This document shows, in pieces, positions 55,402 to 64,000 of a DNA stretch of 64,000 nt. The stretch lies in assembly GCA_964016885.1 (NCBI GenBank), contig OZ024740.1:347820001-347884000 (forward strand), written 5' to 3'. Origin of the DNA: Eledone cirrhosa (lineage: Eukaryota). The notes under the pieces are model-generated. The model saw only the letters and a program-made list of their open reading frames with translations. It had not been told where the DNA came from and did no database searches. Positions within the stretch are counted from its first letter, which is position 1, and each line of letters starts with the position of its first letter. Made by a program: the position numbers and the translations under genes.

Positions 55402-55535
55402 GTAGGCGGTGTATTGGCAAAACCATCGGATAGAATACGTTATGCTATTCGTTTCATCATTCTTCTAGACTCTGAGTTGAAAACCCGCCGAGGTTAATAC
55501 AAAAATGTACCAGTCTAATACTGAAGTCGATTCTC
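55402..55535 (+). mobile_element. Degenerate SINE of the same superfamily
   Basis: GGCGGTGTATTGGCA...CTGAGTTGAAAACCCGCCGAGGTTAA. Confidence 0.55.
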
Positions 55536-55959
55536 TACCAATCTCTCTTCTTCTTTGATCAGACCTATACAGAGTATAGCCAACGCCAAGTTTAATATGA
55601 CCCAGACACATTGTATATCTCTACGGCACTCCTAAGATTCCACCGGGAGGTACACGTCCACACATAATACAAATATAGATTATTCTGTCTGTTCATTTTG
55701 AAGTAATTGAATACGGGTACATGGCCAATGTGTTTAATCAATGCAATTGATTTCATTACTTTACAATGGTGTCTTGAAACTAATTTATAAGCAAGATAGG
55801 AGAAGGCATGGTTGTGTATTTAAGAAGTTAGCTTGGTAAGCACGTGGTGTTGAGTTCAATTCTATTGCGCACTAAGACTATGCGTCTCCTACAATAACCT
55901 CATTTATACCACTGGACTATAAGTGAAATTTGGTAAATGAAAACAGCTTTAAAACCACC

Positions 55960-56035
<76 letters not shown>

Positions 56036-56254
56036 AGTAATAATGAATTTGAAGACTAAAATTGGGTGAAAGCAGCGATTCTTTGCTTAAACTTTAATCT
56101 GTTATTTTAATAAATATATATATATATATGTATAAATATATATATATGTATATATATTTAGTCTAGTCGATCTACGTTCGTCAAATCAGACAGAGGAAAC
56201 AATATTTACATTGGTCTTTCTAATTGCTAATACTATCTATCGGTCGCAACTTCA

Positions 56255-56369
56255 GGTAGAAGGAGCAACGTGAAATAAAGTGTCATGCTCAAGGGCATGC
56301 CGCATCACCCGGTTCAGGAATCGAACTTACAACCTCACGATTGTGAATCCAATTCTCTAACTTCTCAGC

Positions 56370-56373
<4 letters not shown>
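56255..56373 (-). mobile_element. Different tRNA-derived SINE head, degenerate
   Basis: Sense CGTGGCTGAGAAGTTAGA...AGTTCGATTCC...CCCTTGAGCATGACACTTTA. Confidence 0.5.
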
Positions 56374-56420
<47 letters not shown>

Positions 56421-56449
56421 CTCGGAAACATAACCTTATGGTGTAACAA

Positions 56450-56523
56450 GCTGTCTGACGATGTCGCGACACTGGCACACAGAACAGTGTGGACACTGTC
56501 ACCATTGAAATATATATCACAGC
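56450..56523 (+). ncRNA. Type I hammerhead ribozyme with extended stem II
   Basis: GCTGT-CTGACGA-[stem II]-GAAA-TATATA-TC-ACAGC. Perfect 5-bp stem I, palindromic stem III, AUC cleavage triplet. Confidence 0.82.
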
Positions 56524-57770
56524 ATTATTATTAAAAGACTTGAACATCTGAAACTACTTCGCTTTTCCTTATTCGATATTTACTCCGTCACTCCTATGTG
56601 GAATAAGTACGCTGATTGCTTGAATTGAATTGCATCAATGTTTACCCTAAGAATTTAGCTCCAATTAGTTGAGCGCTCTATGATGTAACCGATATGGTGG
56701 AGTAGAGAGGAACCAACCACGAGCTACCCCTGGAAATTCTCGCTACCATGGGGATGGAAACCCCTGACACTGGACGGACATAATAATAACTTTCGGCTGG
56801 ATAAATACGCGGAAACAGAAACAAAGATAAACCCTTATTTTCCTGCACCAAATCGCATTTGAAAAGAAGCCCCCCTCAATTCAATCTATACATGGACAAA
56901 TTGACAATCATATGGATCATTTTGCATATATGTACTCTGTGTTTTTGCATTTATTCATTATTGGTTCTTTTCTTTTGTGTACTTTATATCTGTTTTTTTT
57001 GTTTGTTCCATCTGATGGAAATTGTGACTATGTCCCCGATTGCCTACTGCCTATCATACTGTGGTTTACCCTCCGTTCTAATGTACGGCACTATCGTTCA
57101 ATATGTGGATAGTGTAACTGTGACATTAGTGCCCCTTTCAGAACTTCTTACTTAAACATCTCTCTGCATATTATTTACTCACCTCAATCTATATATATTT
57201 TTTTACTCACCTCAATCCGGATTCTCACTTGAAAAATTATTTAATTTCTAATAGTTAATTTTTTAATTTTTTAATTTTTTAATTAATAATTTCTGATATT
57301 TGATTTAGGATTTTCGATTTTAAATTTTAATTTTTATTTCCACCTCTCACTCATAACTTCCAATGTAAAACCATGATACCTAGAATTGAGTATATTTTCT
57401 CTTAGGAGTTGATGGTCAGTTGTACTGTCCATGCTTGGTGAGAGGTAGTATTGGGACCTGTAAATACTAACACTCTCCCATCCCCTCTGGCTTTCGGCTG
57501 ACTGCCACAGACGGGACGGGTAGCAGTAAACTTTGGTACAGGCCTGAATGGGTCATTGTTTGGCTGAGAGGGGGAACTGACTAAGCGAATTTCGTTGAAA
57601 TCTGCGGTAGCTAATGGTCAACTTCCTTCGGACATGCGCCTGCGCAGACCGGTGGGGGTGAATTGGTACTCACAGGGGAACGGATGAAAAACCCAAAAGC
57701 ACACACTTCGTCCGTTCCCAAGTCGATTCAATTTGGACTGCCTCGGAAACATAACCTTATTATGTAACAA

Positions 57771-57844
57771 GCTGTCTGACGATGTCGCGACACTGGTACA
57801 CAAAACAGTGTGGCCACTGTCGCCATTGAAATATATATCACAGC
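57771..57844 (+). ncRNA. Type I hammerhead ribozyme with extended stem II (second repeat)
   Basis: Same core as 56450. Stem II pairs GCGACA/TGTCGC, TGGT/GCCA and ACAC/GTGT. Confidence 0.85.
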
Positions 57845-58020
57845 ATTATTATTAAAAGGCTTGAACATCTGAAACTACTTCGCTTTTCCTTATTCGATAT
57901 TTACTCCGTCACTCCTATGTGGAATAAGTACGTTGAGTGCTTGAATTGCATTGCATCAATGTTTACCCTAAGTATATATATATAAAAATAGAGGTGTAAC
58001 ACACGAGTTGTGATATATTA

Positions 58021-58896
58021 GTAAAAGGAAAAGAAAATGCTGACAAGTTTTTCCCAGTTCAAAATAGTTTAATTAGGAATAAGTATAAATTAGTAATAAG
58101 TATTGGTTAGTATTCAGTTGGACAACGTTTTATAGTAAAACACAATTTCACATGCGCATCAGAAAATCTAATATATGTATTAACTTGCTCAGGTTGTCGA
58201 GAACAATACATAGGCCAGACTAAAAATAGCCTCCGCCAACGCATGATTGTCCATAGATCCCAAATTAAAATACGGGATTACAGAAAAATACCACTGAGTG
58301 AACACATTGATACCTGTGCCGCCCAAAATCATCCCAACTTTAGAATCTTTCCACTCTACAAATTTAAAGATAATGCCACCCACACCCAGCGCATCAACAA
58401 GGAATCTTACTTTATTAACAAATACGGACCCCGTCTAAACACTTCACCCTAAGACGAACCCACAACATACACACGTCAACATACATACCTACATCAGCAT
58501 ACATCCTACATACATTTCTATCCACATATAAACACAATGACATACGTAAACACACATGTTCTATGGTGCAACACAAATATATACAAATTTGCATACCTTT
58601 TGATGTTTATAGATATAAACGTGCCGACACACACACATACACATACGCACACATGCATTGTACACTGATGGGCACATACATATTTGTACACAAGTATTCC
58701 CATGCGGCAGGGCCTAATGGATTCCCCTTGCAGTACGTACAATCTGGACACTCACACACACCTTGGTGTTATGACAATACTATATATCATTTCACACCTT
58801 TTATTAATAATGTTTTTGATGTTCTCTTGAGAGAATCGTTTTTGCTGAAAATATCGAATAATGTACACCATTTTTACCAGTATCACAAAAGTACTG

Positions 58897-58978
<82 letters not shown>

Positions 58979-59711
58979 ATATACACACGCGTACACTAAC
59001 ATACAAACAGACATACACACATACACACACACATACACACACACTTCTCCGTATAAGACAAGAGCTGAAAAATATCTTTCAATATGTTAGATTTTATTCC
59101 CTCTACCACGAACCACTCTGCTACCCCCCCCCCAGCACACACACATATTTGTCTTAATAGACACCAGAACTGTTGACCTTTCAACATGACTGCAACTCAC
59201 ACACGCATCCCTACTGACCATTATCACAACAATGAACCTCTTTACTACACACACACACATATTTGTCTTAAAAGACTTATTTTTCAGTGACTTCTCAATC
59301 AGGCGAAAAAGGACACTCTTCGACAAACCTACATTTGGCGCAAAATCAATTTTTAACATTCACGTGACCTCTACCGACCAATCAAAATTATTTTGACTAC
59401 AAGAATTTTTGCAACACGAATTGGCGCGATATTTATAGTACTTATTCACGTGACATTCAACAACCAACCAAATCTTAATACCCCTGGAGTCACTTTTTTC
59501 ACATATAAAAAAAGAATTTCCAAAACTGATCAGATTAGAGCAAACATCACGAGCGTTCTATCTCAAAATTATTTTTTAAAAAGAAATGCGCAACCGGTAA
59601 AAACTTAAAACTAAAACTGAATAATAACAAATGCTTATTACTAATTTATACTTATTCCTAATTAAACTATTTTTCAGTGGGAAAAATTTGTCAGCATTTT
59701 CTTTTCCTTTT

Positions 59712-59713
<2 letters not shown>
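58021..59713 (+). mobile_element. 5'-truncated copy of the Neptune-like PLE with an inverted terminal segment at its 5' end
   Basis: 58120-58452 encodes the same GIY-YIG C-terminus (...KYGPRLNTSP*) as 25520-25852. 58021-58119 is the reverse complement of the element's own 3' end (about 59615-59713). Confidence 0.88.
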
Positions 59714-59801
<88 letters not shown>

Positions 59802-59863
59802 TAAAACATGTCTATAGAATCACAAGATAAAATATATACTATTTCCTCTCCCAATTAGCATAA

Positions 59864-59911
<48 letters not shown>

Positions 59912-60914
59912 GTATGTGTGTGTGTGTCTGAGTGTCTGTGTTTTGTATGTATATGTTTCTGTCTGTCTGTGTTTATGTTTACTGTTTATTTATATCTGAT
60001 ACCTAGTAATTAAATAGAAAAAAAAAGATCAGTAAAATATTTGACTGTCTTGAAAAAGAAAGAAACACTGGGGTCAATATGACCGTATAAATCAATTCAA
60101 GTCTGTGGCATAGCGCGATCTAAGTCTAACGAATGAGGAGAAAATAATGAATGAATAAAATCGAACCCAAGAGGATGACAAGCAAATGAACGAGCCTACT
60201 ATAAATAGTTGACAATTCCGCCAATAAAATCTTTTAAATATGATCGATACAGAGAATTATGAAGTCTAACATTCACAATATAGTTACTAGGACAAGAACA
60301 AACTAACGCCTATATAGTTTTTTCGCACGAAACATCGGCTGGAAACGCACATTTTCTGATTGAAATAAACCTATGTTTTTCCTCTCTATTCCTCATTGTT
60401 TTACAGGCATCACACCCAGAGAGGACGGGGCATTTTCTGCAGACCCATATAAGCTGCGGGCCCTATCGGTGGGCGTGAGACCCAGTAAGCTAGATGTGCC
60501 CAGGTACTGCCAAAGGCGTGCCTCTGGTGGGTTTTTAGTTTATCTTTTAGACACACTAGAACAATATTCTAATAAAAAGTATTCAATGTCAATCGTGTGG
60601 GCAATTTCATCGAAATTTCTCTAATTTAGCGACATGAAACGGTTGTCATAGAAGGTAAGGGCGACGGAATACGCATGCGTGATTTTTTCTCCCCAATTCT
60701 TTTTTCTAATTTTCCACAGTTTTTCCTTTTATCACTTTTTACATTCTATTATCTTCTTTTATTTCTAACTCTATCCTCTAACAAATGACTAGTGTCCAAA
60801 ATGTTAAGACATTCTTCCTGCTATTTCAAGCATTAAAATAATATATTTATTCCAGGCACTGTGCCGTTTGTTTTGTTATTTTTGTTATTTCTGTTTACCA
60901 TTTGTACACACACA

Positions 60915-61051
<137 letters not shown>

Positions 61052-61058
61052 GCGCACG

Positions 61059-61148
<90 letters not shown>

Positions 61149-61454
61149 AACACATACGCAAGCACGCGCACACACATATATATATAGATATATTGGGATA
61201 AATGTGTGTTCTTGCGTGTGTTTTGAAGTACAGTGTGAAAAGTGTAGTTATTATATATATGTATAATAACTTCACAATTGCAACTACCTGCGCAAAGCCT
61301 ACTTTGAAATGTAAACTTCAGGATTTGTTGCGTATTTCTCAAGTTTTTTGTAAATAAGAGTCCCTCAAACCCGAAGTGCCTGATACCATATTCACATATA
61401 TCCACGCCAAACACACATATATCGATAAACCGTATAAGTATATATATATATATA

Positions 61455-62574
61455 TATATATAAAATTGCAAGTTTGAAGAATTATTAGATAAAATATACA
61501 CAGTCTTTCCTCTCCCTAGTCCGTAGAAATCAACCATATAAATAATCATTTACACGAGGCTATAAGTTTAAAATGTAACTATGAAGAAATAATAGACAAA
61601 TGATACAGACTATTTTCCGCGAGGAACAGTCAGATAAAATTTATTTAGTCATTCCTTTTAGCCCGTAGAAATTAACTATACAAATAATCAACTAAACGCA
61701 GCTAGTTCTAAAATATAAGTTAGAAGAAAAAATGCATATAAATTTTACCAAAATTCATCTAGTCCCGACTGTCGACAGTTTCGCTCGTTCTTTGTGGATA
61801 TATCCAATCCTGGTATTATCCATGAGGCTTCGAGCTTATCAAGAGACTCCTCAAGTTTGGACTAAAATTTCTACAGTGATCACCGCCAGAAATGAATTAA
61901 AAAATGGCTAAGAATCATCACGTGGCTAGTGGTCAAATTAGAAGGTTGTGAATGGTGGCCAGGTGGGAGGTAGGCTGGCTGCTAGAAAGTGCAGCCAGAT
62001 ACTGCCTAAAGTGTTACTCTACCGTACGGGAGTATATACTAAATTCATAGAGATATATGTATATATTTAGAGATATATTTAGACATAGTCACATATACAT
62101 ATATGAGTGTGACTATCTTTCACGGTATGGCTCAATGAAAAATTTAATTAAGCAAATAATTATTAATCAGAGCTATATATAAAATTGCAAGTGTGAAGAA
62201 TTATTAGATAAAATATATACAGTCTTTCCTCTCTCTAGTCCGTAAAAATCAACCATATAAATAATCATTTACACGAGGCTATAAGTTTAAAATGTAACTA
62301 TGAAGAAATAATAGACAAATGATACAGACTATTTTCCGCGAGGAACAGTCAGATAAAATTTATCTAGTCATTCCTTTTAGCCCGTAGAAATTAACTAGAC
62401 AAATAATCAATTAAACGGAGCTAGATCTAAAATATAAGTTCGAAGAAAAAATGCATATAAACTTTACCAAAATACCTCTAGTCCCGACTGTCGACAGTTT
62501 CGCTCGTTCTTAATCATATATGTATCTGTGACTATGTCTAAATATATGTCTAAATATATACATATATCCCTATG

Positions 62575-62580
<6 letters not shown>
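61455..62580 (-). mobile_element. Partial-tandem pLTR-like element: about 335-bp direct repeats plus an inverted segment
   Basis: 61455-61791 repeats at 62175-62511 (offset about 719). 62041-62106 is inverted at 62514-62579. Degenerate HHR at 61762-61847. Confidence 0.7.
61762..61847 (-). ncRNA. Degenerate hammerhead with long stem II loop
   Basis: GTCTC-TTGATAA-GCTCG...CGAGC-GAAA-CTGTCGACAG-TC-GGGAC. All three stems are present but the core has two changes from CTGATGA. Confidence 0.58.
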
Positions 62581-62650
<70 letters not shown>

Positions 62651-62728
62651 CATAGGGATATATATATATATATACACACTATAAGAATAAAGGAACACAG
62701 ATTCAGTGTTGCATTAAACATATTTAGT

Positions 62729-62822
62729 AACATATTACATATGTTTCCCTATCGATCAGCTCAAGGAGAGACCTATTATAGATTGAACCTGACTCTGTAA
62801 TCGAAAGATCGTCAGATATGTT
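62729..62822 (-). ncRNA. Type I hammerhead ribozyme with long stem II insert
   Basis: AACATAT-CTGACGA-TCTTTCGATTA...TGATCGATAGG-GAAA-CATATG-TA-ATATGTT. 7-bp stem I, palindromic stem III. Confidence 0.78.
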
Positions 62823-63810
62823 TCCGATATGATCTCGTCTCCGATATATATATATATATATATGTACATACATAAGTACGCGTGTTTATTTCACAAGAAA
62901 ATAAATATAAAAAATACTCATACTGGGGTTAGATCTTGAAACAGAATGAAGGGAAAGTAATTATTCTAATAAGCTTAATCCGCTCACTTTCATTTTAGTA
63001 TTTATGAAACAAAGGTATTTTTTTGACTGTTGCAAATTAGTTTCTGTTGTCTCTTTGGAACATAACCTAACAATTTGGGTTATTAATCAATCAATCACTG
63101 TTCTCCATACTCTTGTACAGATGTTCAATTGAGTGACAAATATAAGGAAATCGGATCCACGTACACTTAATCAATCATTCGATTAGAAGGAAATCAATAA
63201 TTTACATATCCAGTGTTTGTCGAAAATTTTTTTTATGTATAGATTTTTTTACTTTCTTCTCCAATCACCACGTCTCTGTAATTCTACACTTTATTGGAGA
63301 TAAAGCTTAACAGAATAACAAAAGAATTCTCCAGCTATCATTAGGGTTAGTGTTACTTTCGTACGCCACTTTTCCTCCAGTTGTCCAAGACATGTTTTTG
63401 TATATGTGTATAAGTTTTCAATTTTCGCCATAAAACAGGTTAATGGAAATCACATCCATCATGATACAACAACTGTAACATCAACTAATACCAACTAGAG
63501 TCAATATTGTTATCATCCTTATCGTCATCATTTTCCATATTTTATAAGGTACATACATACGTGCATACTTACACACACACATACATGCATGCATACATAA
63601 GTACATACATACGTACGTTAACACATACACGTCTACTCAGTTGATATATATATTCTAGTAAATGAAACGCGTTTCTGTGTTAGAAATTTGCTCTTTTTCT
63701 GGGCCTTTTTCTGGGCCTTGTTTAATATTAATATGTAAGTTATTTGTTAAAACATGAAGGGTAATAGGTAGCCATTATTCATTAAGTATAATTTATTTTC
63801 GTTGATATTC

Positions 63811-64000
63811 AATAATTGTTTCTACCTTTTGGCACAAGGCCAGCAATTACCCAGTGTATTACTGGTACTTTATTTTATCGACCCCATAAGGATGAAAGGC
63901 AAAGTTAACCTTGGCGGGATTTGAACTCAGAATGGCAAGGGCCGCAACTCTATGCGTCAAAGCATGGTGCCCGACCCTCTACCGATATTGCCAATCCACC
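63811..64000 (-). mobile_element. SINE, near full length, reaching the window edge
   Basis: Very similar to 2538-2729. Confidence 0.85.

Larger units (their letters stand above)
56418..57972 (+). mobile_element. Non-coding retrozyme-like / non-autonomous PLE-type unit: two 234-bp direct repeats, each with an HHR
   Basis: 56418-56651 repeats at 57739-57972 (offset 1321). The internal region has no recognisable ORF. Flanked by (TG)n on the left and (TA)n on the right. Confidence 0.75.

Noticed and set aside
63341-63350. TTAGGGTTAG telomere-like sequence
   Set aside because: Under two units; expected by chance.

Overview
AT-rich, microsatellite-saturated animal DNA; the repeat content suggests an octopus-like cephalopod (inference). 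Most ORF-track entries are artefacts of (TA)n/(CA)n/(TG)n arrays. One host coding exon is supported: the N-terminal exon of a two-pore-domain (K2P/TWiK-type) potassium channel on the minus strand (22271-22706), ending at a GTAAGT donor inside the TIG|YG filter. The rest is transposon-derived: Penelope-like elements (PLEs) of two protein types, a Tx1/L1-like LINE in a (TATC)n tract, RTE and CRE-like fragments, about 15 tRNA-derived SINE copies, three non-autonomous Helitrons and several MITEs. The main unannotated signal is about 15 type I hammerhead ribozyme (HHR) motifs from at least 8 sequence families. They include a non-coding 1.55-kb unit with an intact HHR in each of its two 234-bp direct repeats (retrozyme-like, predicted 1321-nt monomer), HHRs with long stem II inserts, stem I covariation between copies, and four HHRs in sense orientation within the presumed channel intron. 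Many fold-back inverted repeats lie beside (TA)n tracts. All structures were folded by eye; no activity is shown.
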